In this document: positions 19,259 to 27,767 of the stretch, in pieces | Layout of the letters: each line of letters begins with the position of its first letter | Numbering within the stretch: the first letter of the stretch is position 1 | IMG/VR virus record: IMGVR_UViG_3300032218_004045 | Coordinates: 1 to 34,475 of that record | Length of the DNA: 34,475 bases | DNA from: a virus | Lineage: Duplodnaviria > Caudoviricetes | Reading direction: 5' to 3' (one strand) | The notes under the pieces: model-generated | Told to the model about the DNA's origin: nothing | What the model saw: the letters and a program-made list of their open reading frames with translations, nothing else | The model's database searches: none | Made by a program: the position numbers and the translations under genes

Positions 19259-21097
19259 ATGTGTGGAATAGTTGCATATAGGGGCAGGCAGAAATGCTTG
19301 CCCTTTTTGCTTGATGGAATGAAAAGACTAGAGTATAGGGGCTATGATAGTGCTGGGGTTGCTTATATTATTGGAGATAAGATATTTGTGCAGAAGCAAG
19401 CTGGATGTGTGGGGGATTTGATTAATAATAGGATAGATTTTGAAACTGAGACTAATACGGGAATTGGTCATACAAGATGGGCTACTCATGGAAAGCCTTG
19501 TTCAAGAAATGCTCATCCTCATGTATCTATGGATGATCGTTTAGCTATTGTTCATAATGGGATTATTGAGAATTATGAGGCGTTGAAAAAAGAGTTAAAA
19601 GAAAAAGGGTACATGTTCGTTTCAGATACTGACTCTGAGGTGCTCTTATATTTAATATATGACTATCTAGTGGGTGGGACTCCTGATTTATTTGAGGCGG
19701 TTAAATTGGCCTTAGAGAGAGTTGTGGGGGCTTATGCTATCGTAGTCATGGATAGAAAGCTTGATAATAGACACAAGCTGGTGGTGGCTAGAAAAGGAAG
19801 TCCTTTGGTTATAGGGGTGGGGAAAGAAGATGGGGAATATTTTGTGGCTAGTGATCCTATTGCAATAGTTAATTATGTAGATAGGTTGGTTTATTTGGAA
19901 GATAATACTGTTTGTAGAGTGGGTGATAATTTAAGTATGTATAATATGATTGAGGGGGCGGTTTCATCCTGTAATATATCTAAGCTGGAGCATCAGCTAT
20001 ATGATATCGAGAAGGGGAATTATGATCATTTTATGTTAAAGGAAATATTTGAGCAGCCAAAGAGGGTTGAAGATTGCTTGGGTGGGCGATTGCATGGATA
20101 TAAAATAAAATTGGGGGGATTGGTAGGGCTTGAAGATGTTTTAAGTCAGGCTAGGCATATAACTATAATATCTTGTGGATCTTCATGGCATTCTGCATTG
20201 ATGGGTAAGTATTATATAGAAGAATTTACTGGCATTAAGGTTAGTGTGGAATATGCTAGCGAGTTTCGATATCGAAAGCCAGCTATAGGATTGGGCGATA
20301 TTGTTATAGGTATTAGCCAGAGTGGGGAAACTGCAGATACATTAAATGCTATGGAATTGGCTAAAGATAAGGGGGCGGTTATTATTGGAATTTGTAATGT
20401 GGTAAATTCGTCTTTGGCAAGATTGGCGGGTGCTGGGATATATACCAAGGCAGGAATGGAAATTGGTGTTGCAAGTACAAAAGCTTTTACTAATCAGGTA
20501 GTGAGTTTGATTTTATTAGCCTTATGGATGGAACAATATAAAACCTACAAAAAAATGGATATAGACTATCGAAAGCTTTTAATTGGGGGACTTAAAGATT
20601 TATCTGAGCTTATGGATCAAACATTATTATTAAATAATGAGATAAGAATATTAGCACAAAAATTTAGTACGGCAAAGAACTGTTTGTATCTGGGGCGAGA
20701 GTATAACTTTCCAATAGCTTTAGAGGGGGCTCTTAAATTAAAAGAAATAAGCTATGTTCACGCTGAAGGATATCCTGCTGCAGAAATGAAGCATGGGCCG
20801 ATAGCTTTGATAGACAAAAAGATGCCAGTTATGGTTCTGGCAAATAATAAACAACAGTATGATAAGATACTCAATAACATTAAAGAGATACAAGCTCGTG
20901 GGGGCAAAATTATAACGATATATAGTGGAGATGAATATATAGGAGATTATGGAATTCAGATTCCTGATACTCTTGATGCTTTGTGTCCACTACTAAGCAA
21001 CATTATAGTTCAGCTGTTTGCTTATCATTCGGCGGTTTTAAGAGATTGCAACGTGGATAAACCAAGAAATTTAGCCAAAAGCGTGACTGTGGAATAA
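19259..21097 (+). CDS. glmS: Glutamine--fructose-6-phosphate aminotransferase
   Basis: MCGIV Ntn Cys, LEYRGYDSAG, GHTRWATHG, SQSGETAD, DKPRNLAKSVTVE. Confidence 0.97.
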   Translation: MCGIVAYRGRQKCLPFLLDGMKRLEYRGYDSAGVAYIIGDKIFVQKQAGCVGDLINNRIDFETETNTGIGHTRWATHGKPCSRNAHPHVSMDDRLAIVHNGIIENYEALKKELKEKGYMFVSDTDSEVLLYLIYDYLVGGTPDLFEAVKLALERVVGAYAIVVMDRKLDNRHKLVVARKGSPLVIGVGKEDGEYFVASDPIAIVNYVDRLVYLEDNTVCRVGDNLSMYNMIEGAVSSCNISKLEHQLYDIEKGNYDHFMLKEIFEQPKRVEDCLGGRLHGYKIKLGGLVGLEDVLSQARHITIISCGSSWHSALMGKYYIEEFTGIKVSVEYASEFRYRKPAIGLGDIVIGISQSGETADTLNAMELAKDKGAVIIGICNVVNSSLARLAGAGIYTKAGMEIGVASTKAFTNQVVSLILLALWMEQYKTYKKMDIDYRKLLIGGLKDLSELMDQTLLLNNEIRILAQKFSTAKNCLYLGREYNFPIALEGALKLKEISYVHAEGYPAAEMKHGPIALIDKKMPVMVLANNKQQYDKILNNIKEIQARGGKIITIYSGDEYIGDYGIQIPDTLDALCPLLSNIIVQLFAYHSAVLRDCNVDKPRNLAKSVTVE

Positions 21098-21196
21098 TTA
21101 AATTCTCTATTGCTTTTCTAAATTTTCCTGCTAAGTTTAGTAAAAGTGGGGGTTGGACGATTTAATCTTTTCTTTCTTTTTTAGGTAGGACGCCAA

Positions 21197-22807
21197 ATGA
21201 CAAAAAAGGCATGGAAGTTGACTGGTCCGGAGTCTCTAGAGAATAAAACATTATTATCCATAACTCCTAATGATCCTAAATTTAACGATCAATGGGGTTT
21301 GCAAAGTATCTCAGCCCAACAAGCATGGAAGTATGGTACTGGCTCTAAAGATGTTGTGGTTGCTATTATTGATAGTGGAGTTGATCTTACTAATAAAGAT
21401 TTGATTAATAATGTTTGGACTAATCCGGGTGAAATACCTGGAGACGGTATAGATAATGACCATAATGGATATATTGATGATGTTCATGGATGGAATTTTG
21501 CTAATAACAACAATGATGTTCAGGATAGATATGGACATGGAACTCATGTGGCTGGCATAATTGGCGCAGAGGGAAACAACAGCGTAGGGGTTGCGGGGGT
21601 TAATTGGAATGTTAGTTTGATGAGCTTAAAGTTTATGGATGATAAGGGAGTGGGAGATACTGGTGGAGCTATACAGGCTATGGATTATATTGTTATGATG
21701 AAAAATGTTTATCATATAAATATAGTGGTGGCTAATGCTAGTTGGGGTGGGGGAACTGGTTTTAGTAATATGTTATATGATGAAATTAACAAATTAAATG
21801 ATGCTGGAGTAGTGTTAACGGTAGCTGCTGGTAATCAAGCAAGCAATAACGATATTAATCCAAGATATCCTAGTTGTTATGATAGTAATAATATTATAAG
21901 TGTGGGGGCTTTGAGTAGTGATGGAGTGAATCTAGCGGGTTTTTCTAATTATGGAGCAAATAGTGTGGATGTTGCTGCTCCAGGAGTTAGTATTTTGTCT
22001 ACAATACCATATGATAATTATGCATACATGGCAGGAACTAGTATGGCATCTCCTTTTGTTGCGGGAACTGTGGCTCTTTTAGATAGTATCAAGCCTGGGT
22101 TAACAATTTCTGAAATTAAAAATGCTATTTTTAGTAGTGTTGATAAAATACCAGAGTTATTTGGTAAGGTTGCTACTAACGGTAAGTTGAATGTGGCAGC
22201 TGCTGTAGCAGATATTTTGGGTTTGCCATATGATAGTAACCTGTCACCGATAGGAGCTATCACATATCAGAATCTAACAACAATTGGGGGTTGGGCTAAA
22301 GATCCTAATTCTCTTAACTTTAGCATCTATGTAAGATTAATAATAGATGATGTCGAAAATGCTGCTGTATTAACGGGAGTGGATGGGTCTTTTGTTTTAA
22401 ATCTGGGTGGACTGACCATAGGGGATCATATTATAAATGTGGAGGCGAAAGATTCTCACACTGGATTATGGAGTAATGTAGCGGCTACTCATGTGACTAT
22501 TCCATCTCCGGTGGTGAATGTTGGATATTTGAGATTGAATAGAATCTCTGGGTGGGCTTTTAGTGAAAGAAGTGGGGCGTCTCCGGTTCTTGTTAGAATA
22601 ATGATTAATGGAAAAATAGTATCTGGTCAGTGGGCTAATCAGTATCGACCAGCATTAATACCAGTAGTGGGTAGCGCCAGACACGGATTTAATGTTCCGT
22701 TGAATAGAAACTGGTTTCATAAAGGAGCAAATGATATAGTCATTCAAGTTTATGATCCAATATCGAAGCAAGTTTCGATAGCTTGGGAGAGAGTCATAAA
22801 TAAATAA
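21197..22807 (+). CDS. Subtilisin-like S8 serine protease with C-terminal Ig-like repeats
   Basis: Triad IIDSG, HGTHVAG, GTSMAS; oxyanion AAGN. Confidence 0.93.
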   Translation: MTKKAWKLTGPESLENKTLLSITPNDPKFNDQWGLQSISAQQAWKYGTGSKDVVVAIIDSGVDLTNKDLINNVWTNPGEIPGDGIDNDHNGYIDDVHGWNFANNNNDVQDRYGHGTHVAGIIGAEGNNSVGVAGVNWNVSLMSLKFMDDKGVGDTGGAIQAMDYIVMMKNVYHINIVVANASWGGGTGFSNMLYDEINKLNDAGVVLTVAAGNQASNNDINPRYPSCYDSNNIISVGALSSDGVNLAGFSNYGANSVDVAAPGVSILSTIPYDNYAYMAGTSMASPFVAGTVALLDSIKPGLTISEIKNAIFSSVDKIPELFGKVATNGKLNVAAAVADILGLPYDSNLSPIGAITYQNLTTIGGWAKDPNSLNFSIYVRLIIDDVENAAVLTGVDGSFVLNLGGLTIGDHIINVEAKDSHTGLWSNVAATHVTIPSPVVNVGYLRLNRISGWAFSERSGASPVLVRIMINGKIVSGQWANQYRPALIPVVGSARHGFNVPLNRNWFHKGANDIVIQVYDPISKQVSIAWERVINK

Positions 22808-22914
22808 GTGGCTAATAAACTGGCCAATTATATATAGGGCTCCCTACTGCTTATGTACCTCCCAGCGTTTTCCGGGACTTCAAAAAAATTGACTATTAAA
22901 ACAGAAAAACCCCC

Positions 22915-22992
22915 TAACCTTATACTGGGTAAGGACTTAGGGCGAGTATGATCGGCCGAACTGAATGTAAGTTCTTATGTGGTAAGGGTTTA
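22915..22992 (+). repeat. 78-bp bipartite palindrome element R1 (degenerate core)
   Basis: Arms 22915-22939 and 22968-22992. Confidence 0.85.
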
Positions 22993-23007
22993 CGACAAGT
23001 TTTTGGA

Positions 23008-23024
23008 TTGGCATGATATTTGCT
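23008..23024 (+). promoter_or_regulatory. Sigma-54 (-24/-12) consensus site
   Basis: TTGGCATGATATTTGCT matches TGGCAY-N5-TTGCW. Confidence 0.6.
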
Positions 23025-23060
23025 CTGCGAACCTTACGAAAATGTAAGGAAAGAATTCTC

Positions 23061-23088
23061 TTGCAATTAAAGTTTGGGTTGGTATAAT
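23061..23088 (+). promoter_or_regulatory. Sigma-70-type early promoter
   Basis: TTGCAA-16-TATAAT with TG extension. Confidence 0.7.
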
Positions 23089-23126
23089 GTCGATATAAGA
23101 GAAAAGGGAACGATAAAGAAAAGGGA

Positions 23127-23375
23127 ATGAAAATGATCACCATCAACAATCGCGACGAACTGAACAACCTCCTCTACGGCGAGGGTTCTACGATGCCTGA
23201 AACTCTTGTTGGCATCGCTCGCGTCGGCGGCGAGTTGCTCGCTGAGGCTTTCCACTACTATGAAATGAGCGATGGAAACGCTTGTATCAGAGACTTTTTC
23301 CCGATGGGCGACGAGGGTGAGGGCATCACCGTTGATCGTGACGGAAACATCCTGAGTGACTATCTCTACTACTGA
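23127..23375 (+). CDS. Hypothetical early protein
   Basis: ORF after promoter and purine-rich RBS (start may be 23133). Confidence 0.75.
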   Translation: MKMITINNRDELNNLLYGEGSTMPETLVGIARVGGELLAEAFHYYEMSDGNACIRDFFPMGDEGEGITVDRDGNILSDYLYY

Positions 23376-23442
23376 ACAATGTACAGTATTGACAGAGACA
23401 TAGCCGATAAGCTATGATAGAATCAACACAAGAGGGAATACG

Positions 23443-23592
23443 ATGACCATTCAAGTACAAAACACCATCCGCCGCCTAGTTGCTCGACACGGTTATTCTG
23501 CTACATTTGTACAGCACATGGGTGAGGGTATATGCCTGTACAGTATTGGCGGCATCATGTATCGTATTCGTGGTGACGGTACGATTCTATAA
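23443..23592 (+). CDS. Hypothetical protein (49 aa)
   Basis: Not in track; GAGGG RBS, MTIQVQNTIRR...GDGTIL*; promoter TTGACA-18-TATGAT at 23389-23418. Confidence 0.7.
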   Translation: MTIQVQNTIRRLVARHGYSATFVQHMGEGICLYSIGGIMYRIRGDGTIL

Positions 23593-23596
23593 GACG

Positions 23597-23674
23597 TAAA
23601 GCCTTATGAGGTAAGCACTTACGACTTGCCGGGCGGGCCAAATTCGACGCAAGTACTTGCCACATATAGACTTA
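23597..23674 (+). repeat. 78-bp element R2
   Basis: Arms 23597-23621 and 23650-23674; core GGGCGGGCC. Confidence 0.9.
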
Positions 23675-23737
23675 CGATAAAAATAAAAAATATTTGTTTG
23701 GCATGAAATTATATTCTAGAAAATCCAAAGATTTCTC

Positions 23738-23765
23738 TTGCAATGGTCGATAAATACTGTATAAT
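23738..23765 (+). promoter_or_regulatory. Sigma-70-type promoter
   Basis: TTGCAA-16-TATAAT, CGATAA in spacer. Confidence 0.65.
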
Positions 23766-23802
23766 GAAAACACAAGAGAACGATAGGATAAAGGAAAACA
23801 AA

Positions 23803-24051
23803 ATGATTACGCTTGACAAGGTGATGGCTGGTGTTCGACAGGTTTTCGGTAAGGATTCGCATAAGGTGCGAGTGATTCAAGCTGGATCATCGTTCAAGGT
23901 TGAGCCGAAGGAAATGATTCATGATGGTGTGTGGATTCGTTCGGAAAATCAGATTCTCAATAACGTGAACGCTCTCTACTACGATATGGTGTGCGAGGCT
24001 TGTGCTGACGAGGCTGACTATATTCCGGGCCTTGACGATGGGGAATTTTAA
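23803..24051 (+). CDS. Hypothetical protein with acidic DYIPGLDDGE tail
   Basis: AAGGA RBS before ATG 23803; track start lies inside the promoter. Confidence 0.75.
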   Translation: MITLDKVMAGVRQVFGKDSHKVRVIQAGSSFKVEPKEMIHDGVWIRSENQILNNVNALYYDMVCEACADEADYIPGLDDGEF

Positions 24052-24114
24052 ATTCACCTATTGACAACACCATAACCGATACTATATAATAGAGAAACAA
24101 GAAAGAAGGAAATT

Positions 24115-24318
24115 ATGACAACGCTCGTTATCGCCCTGATGTGGATCGTTACGATTGCTCTCATGTTCGGTACGCTCTATGTGATCGGTAATGTAGGATT
24201 TTGGATTTTTGCTCAAGTTTTTGGAATTGTTGATCAGTATCTTCAGGATCGACATTTCCGTAAGCTTGGGCTTGAGAGGATGAAAGACGAGAATGGGAAC
24301 GATTGGTACGTAGGCTAA
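24115..24318 (+). CDS. Small membrane protein (paralog of 27552-27740)
   Basis: Hydrophobic N-terminus; promoter TTGACA-18-TATAAT at 24061-24090. Confidence 0.75.
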   Translation: MTTLVIALMWIVTIALMFGTLYVIGNVGFWIFAQVFGIVDQYLQDRHFRKLGLERMKDENGNDWYVG

Positions 24319-24327
24319 GGAAAAATC

Positions 24328-24480
24328 ATGACAATTCAAGTAAGTGGAAATGATAAGGATGGGTGGAAGGTTGTACAGCACAAGAAAAGCAACTCGTATA
24401 CCATCGCTTGGTTCAATAGCTTTGTACAGGTGGAAAAATTCTTGAATAAGCTAGGTGTGGGGGATACCTACATTTGGTGA
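24328..24480 (+). CDS. Hypothetical protein (50 aa)
   Basis: Not in track; AAGGA RBS, MTIQVSGNDKDGW...DTYIW*. Confidence 0.7.
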   Translation: MTIQVSGNDKDGWKVVQHKKSNSYTIAWFNSFVQVEKFLNKLGVGDTYIW

Positions 24481-24482
24481 CC

Positions 24483-24560
24483 TAAAGCCTTACCCTATAA
24501 GCACTTAGGGATAGGCGGGCGGGCCGGGCTTGACGTAAGTACTTGATGGATAACGACTTA
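24483..24560 (+). repeat. 78-bp element R3
   Basis: Arms 24483-24507 and 24536-24560. Confidence 0.9.
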
Positions 24561-24570
24561 CGACGATTTG

Positions 24571-24586
24571 GCAAATGCTGTGCCAA
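24571..24586 (-). promoter_or_regulatory. Sigma-54 consensus site facing element R3
   Basis: Minus strand TTGGCACAGCATTTGC. Confidence 0.6.
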
Positions 24587-24649
24587 TACCTAGGAAAATA
24601 ATGAAAAGTTTTGTCAAATTCTCTTGACAATAAAATTGGTGGATTTCTC

Positions 24650-24678
24650 TTGCAAGCTCAAGGTGGGTACGGTATAAT
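24650..24678 (+). promoter_or_regulatory. Sigma-70-type promoter
   Basis: TTGCAA-17-TATAAT followed by GTCGATATAAG. Confidence 0.7.
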
Positions 24679-24722
24679 GTCGATATAAGAAGTAAGAGAG
24701 AAAGAGAGAAAGAGAGACAAAG

Positions 24723-24920
24723 ATGAAAACGATGATTGTGAATGCTGGTGGTATCAAGGCCGATTACGTCATGGAGAATGGCGAAATCAAGGTTCTGAAA
24801 GTGTATCGTGGTGAATGGGTGTATACTGATCCCCTCATGTTCGACCATGCGAAGTGGATGATCCGTGGTCAGCTTGACGGATGGGTCAGAATCCCCAAGC
24901 CCAAGAAAATTCGATCCTAA
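24723..24920 (+). CDS. Hypothetical protein
   Basis: ORF after GA-rich leader. Confidence 0.75.
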   Translation: MKTMIVNAGGIKADYVMENGEIKVLKVYRGEWVYTDPLMFDHAKWMIRGQLDGWVRIPKPKKIRS

Positions 24921-24996
24921 CGGGATTGCAAGATTCAAGGGTTGACGCCCAAAGCGTCGATACTGTATAATAGAGACACAAGAAAGAGAGTTTTAG

Positions 24997-25110
24997 GTGC
25001 TTACGATTATGGATTATGTCGAACTTGCTGGCCTTTTGAGCTTCTGTGCGTTCTTCACCTACACTGTGCATGAGGTGGGTAACGCTATCCATTCCATGCT
25101 GAACGACTAA
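24997..25110 (+). CDS. Possible 37-aa membrane peptide
   Basis: GTG start after promoter TTGACG-18-TATAAT (24942-24971); not in track. Confidence 0.45.
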   Translation: MLTIMDYVELAGLLSFCAFFTYTVHEVGNAIHSMLND

Positions 25111-25125
25111 CACAAAGGAAAATGT

Positions 25126-25443
25126 ATGACACACTTTGAAGCAGTGAAGATGGTTCGTGGTAAGACTAATAAGGATACTCGCAAGGTTGGTAACAATACC
25201 TATGCAGAAATTCTTGTGGATGGTAGCGTAGGTATCATGCTACATAGTACCTATGTGGTGAAGATTCATCCTGACAATAGTGCTACCCTCAATAGTGGGG
25301 GATGGCATACGAGTACCACTAAGGATAGAATCAATCAGTATTCACCTGTACGAGTGTACCAACGCAAGGGACAATGGTACCTCGAAAGTGGGGAAGAATA
25401 CGAGGATGGGGTAGTGGTGGCCGATATGAATCTGGTATACTAA
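25126..25443 (+). CDS. Hypothetical phage protein
   Basis: AAGGA RBS; LNSGGWxTxTTKDRINQY motif. Confidence 0.8.
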   Translation: MTHFEAVKMVRGKTNKDTRKVGNNTYAEILVDGSVGIMLHSTYVVKIHPDNSATLNSGGWHTSTTKDRINQYSPVRVYQRKGQWYLESGEEYEDGVVVADMNLVY

Positions 25444-25446
25444 CCA

Positions 25447-25524
25447 TAAGTCCTTGACCCTAAACGACTTAGGGCAAGGCGGGCGGGCCGGATTTGGCGT
25501 AACTCCTTATGAAATATGTACTTA
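25447..25524 (+). repeat. 78-bp element R4
   Basis: Arms 25447-25471 and 25500-25524. Confidence 0.9.
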
Positions 25525-25534
25525 TGACGAATTA

Positions 25535-25550
25535 GCAAATGCTGTGCCAA
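25535..25550 (-). promoter_or_regulatory. Sigma-54 consensus site facing element R4
   Basis: Minus strand TTGGCACAGCATTTGC(T). Confidence 0.6.
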
Positions 25551-25676
25551 ACGTAAACAAAATCACGAAAAGTTTTGTCAAAATCTCTTGACAATAAAAT
25601 TTCTAGATTTCTCTTGCAAGCTCACGATGCTCTGGTATAATGACGATATAAGAATAAGAGAGAAAGAGAGAATAAA

Positions 25677-25934
25677 ATGGAAAATCTGAATTACGATCTG
25701 GTTTCTGACTGCTGCGGTGCTGGTTGTGGTTTTGAGACCGGTGAGGGTAGCGACAGAATCGGGATTTGCATGGATTGCAAGGAATGGTGTGGTGTGGTAG
25801 AAGATATTCCGGAAGATGAGGCTATGGTAAAGGCGTTGGAAGATAATGCCATGACGATGGAAGAATACAATGATCTTCCCGACTACATTCCCGGCCTTGA
25901 CGATGGAGAATGGGGTGAGGTTGAAGATGAGTGA
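25677..25934 (+). CDS. Acidic Zn-ribbon-like protein with DYIPGLDDGE motif
   Basis: SDCCGA..CMDCKEWC; promoter TTGCAA-16-TATAAT at 25614-25641. Confidence 0.75.
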   Translation: MENLNYDLVSDCCGAGCGFETGEGSDRIGICMDCKEWCGVVEDIPEDEAMVKALEDNAMTMEEYNDLPDYIPGLDDGEWGEVEDE

Positions 25935-25953
25935 ACCTTACGACATTGTAAGG

Positions 25954-25982
25954 TTGACAACATAAAATCTGTTTGGTATAAT
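25954..25982 (+). promoter_or_regulatory. Consensus sigma-70 promoter
   Basis: TTGACA-17-TATAAT with TG extension. Confidence 0.85.
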
Positions 25983-26021
25983 ACACGCACAAGAGAACGA
26001 TAACCCAAGAGGATAGAAAAC

Positions 26022-26396
26022 ATGGCTACCAAGTTCCCCATCATCGAAAATGCCAAGCGTCAAGCCCGTATGATCTTCAAGGGTATCGCTGTTCCGATGC
26101 TGGTCGAAATTCCCGATGATCGAATCACAGAAGATACCGATTACGTCTATGGCGTGACCGATCAGAAGCGATACGTTGTGAGCGAAAAGGTTATCAAGTT
26201 CAACCGTACTGCCTTGAAGAATCTGGGCAAGGTTCGCAAGGAAAAGGCTAATCCCCGCTATGTAGGGGGACAGGATACCATGATCGTTCCGGTTGGTAAG
26301 CCGGGTTCGCGTGAACGTGTCGAGGAACTGACAAAGCAGTATGGTGCGGTTGCTCACCTTGAACTCAGTCCGTTCAGCTTCAAGGGGGAAGAATGA
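26022..26396 (+). CDS. Hypothetical protein
   Basis: GAGGA RBS, 124-aa ORF. Confidence 0.8.
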   Translation: MATKFPIIENAKRQARMIFKGIAVPMLVEIPDDRITEDTDYVYGVTDQKRYVVSEKVIKFNRTALKNLGKVRKEKANPRYVGGQDTMIVPVGKPGSRERVEELTKQYGAVAHLELSPFSFKGEE

Positions 26397-26533
26397 ACGA
26401 GTGCACACTAGTGTACGACGTTACACTAGAGACTGAGCGATGGGTAAAGAGTACGTATGTACAGTTGTACCCTAAGCTCTACCTACCCATTTGGGCTGGT
26501 ACTGAACGAATATACAGAAAACGAAAAACTTGA
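26393..26533 (+). CDS. Hypothetical protein (46 aa)
   Basis: ATGA coupling; MNECTLVYD...RKRKT*; stop abuts R5. Confidence 0.55.
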   Translation: MNECTLVYDVTLETERWVKSTYVQLYPKLYLPIWAGTERIYRKRKT

Positions 26534-26535
26534 CG

Positions 26536-26613
26536 TAAAGCCTTGCTACTAAAGGACTTAGAGCGAGGCGGGCGGGCCGAGTTTGACGTAACTCCTTTGA
26601 TACCAACAGCTTA
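26536..26613 (+). repeat. 78-bp element R5
   Basis: Arms 26536-26560 and 26589-26613. Confidence 0.9.
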
Positions 26614-26623
26614 CGACAACACA

Positions 26624-26639
26624 GCAAATGCTGTGCCAA
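26624..26639 (-). promoter_or_regulatory. Sigma-54 consensus site facing element R5
   Basis: Minus strand TTGGCACAGCATTTGC(T). Confidence 0.6.
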
Positions 26640-26693
26640 TCGTAAACCTCGAACCTTACGGTATTGTAAGGAAACTTTTTCTGGTCTAGCCTA

Positions 26694-26722
26694 TTGACTT
26701 TGGACGATAATAGATGTATAAT
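26694..26722 (+). promoter_or_regulatory. Sigma-70-type promoter
   Basis: TTGACT-17-TATAAT, CGATAATAG in spacer. Confidence 0.8.
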
Positions 26723-26750
26723 GGTAGTACAAGAAAGAGAGAGAGTGAAA

Positions 26751-26969
26751 ATGAGAAAGCCTCCGAAGAGCTCGACCGTCAAGCGTAGCATCAATGGCTA
26801 TGCCTACAAGTGTGGGTTTACGTTTCATCCCAAAGAGGATGGGTCGTTTGCCCTGTTCGACATCCACATGGGATACTACGTCTGCCGTGGTTCTCATGAT
26901 CGGATCGTCCAGTTTGTGATGGATGAACTGTGGGCAAAATATTACCGCTCACACCCGACCCCCGTATAA
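26751..26969 (+). CDS. Hypothetical protein
   Basis: ATG 26751 after GA-rich leader (MRKPPKSS...). Confidence 0.7.
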   Translation: MRKPPKSSTVKRSINGYAYKCGFTFHPKEDGSFALFDIHMGYYVCRGSHDRIVQFVMDELWAKYYRSHPTPV

Positions 26970-27025
26970 GAGGGGGTTGGCGGCGACGGAAAAGTTTGGT
27001 ACAATTGTGGGACAAGAAAGAGAGA

Positions 27026-27208
27026 ATGAAAATGAAAGAATTTTCCACTAGGGTTTTGCAAGACAATCTGTGGCTTGAACAAGTCAGGCTGTCTAGGGAT
27101 ACTGATCCCGAAATGATCGAATTGAGAAAACAGCATATTTCCTATCTTGCCACAGAATTGCTTCGTCGGTATCGTGAAGAGTCTTTGTCTCTGGCTAGTG
27201 CCAGCTAA
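27026..27208 (+). CDS. Hypothetical protein
   Basis: ATG after AAGAAAGAGAG leader; promoter TTGGCG-17-TACAAT at 26977-27005. Confidence 0.65.
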   Translation: MKMKEFSTRVLQDNLWLEQVRLSRDTDPEMIELRKQHISYLATELLRRYREESLSLASAS

Positions 27209-27345
27209 CCCTGTCGGGTCGAAACGTGGCCTAGTCAGGCTAGTCAGCTAACCCTGTGGGACTTGTAAGGTTGACAGCTAAAGTTTTGCATGGTAGGATG
27301 TCGATAATAGGTATAGAGAAGATGACCAGTAACCAAGAGGAAAAG

Positions 27346-27549
27346 ATGAGCAATATTGTGTTACCCCAGAGGTATGATTGGGTGGAGTTTGACTATAAGG
27401 GTGAGAGCTTTCGTGGTGAGGTTCGTAGGGTTGAAGATAAGCCCAAGGGTAAGTTGATGATTGTGAAGATTGGACACACTGAGTATCGGTCGTGCTATCT
27501 TGACCAGTGTGAGAATATGATCCATGTTGCCAATACTGTGGAGTCTTGA
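27346..27549 (+). CDS. Small beta protein, WYL/Sm-fold-like
   Basis: GAGGA RBS; VEFDYKG..R..V...YRSCYLDQ pattern; promoter TTGACA-17-TAGGAT at 27271-27299. Confidence 0.65.
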   Translation: MSNIVLPQRYDWVEFDYKGESFRGEVRRVEDKPKGKLMIVKIGHTEYRSCYLDQCENMIHVANTVES

Positions 27550-27551
27550 AT

Positions 27552-27740
27552 ATGAATGGTTTTATTCTGGTGTGGGTGTGGATGGCTGCTATGTCTGGTG
27601 TTTTGTTCTTTGCTTATTTTCTTACTATTGTTGGGGAAGTTTGGCAGAGGATTGATGAGTATGAGAGTATGAAGTCTAGGGGTTATACTCTTATGAAAGA
27701 TGATAAGGGTGATGATTTCTGGGTAGGATATGGGGATTGA
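27552..27740 (+). CDS. Small membrane protein (paralog of 24115-24318)
   Basis: TM segment then GYTLMKDDKGDDFWVG. Confidence 0.7.
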   Translation: MNGFILVWVWMAAMSGVLFFAYFLTIVGEVWQRIDEYESMKSRGYTLMKDDKGDDFWVGYGD

Positions 27741-27767
27741 CTACTTAAACAAAATGGAGATACAGGG

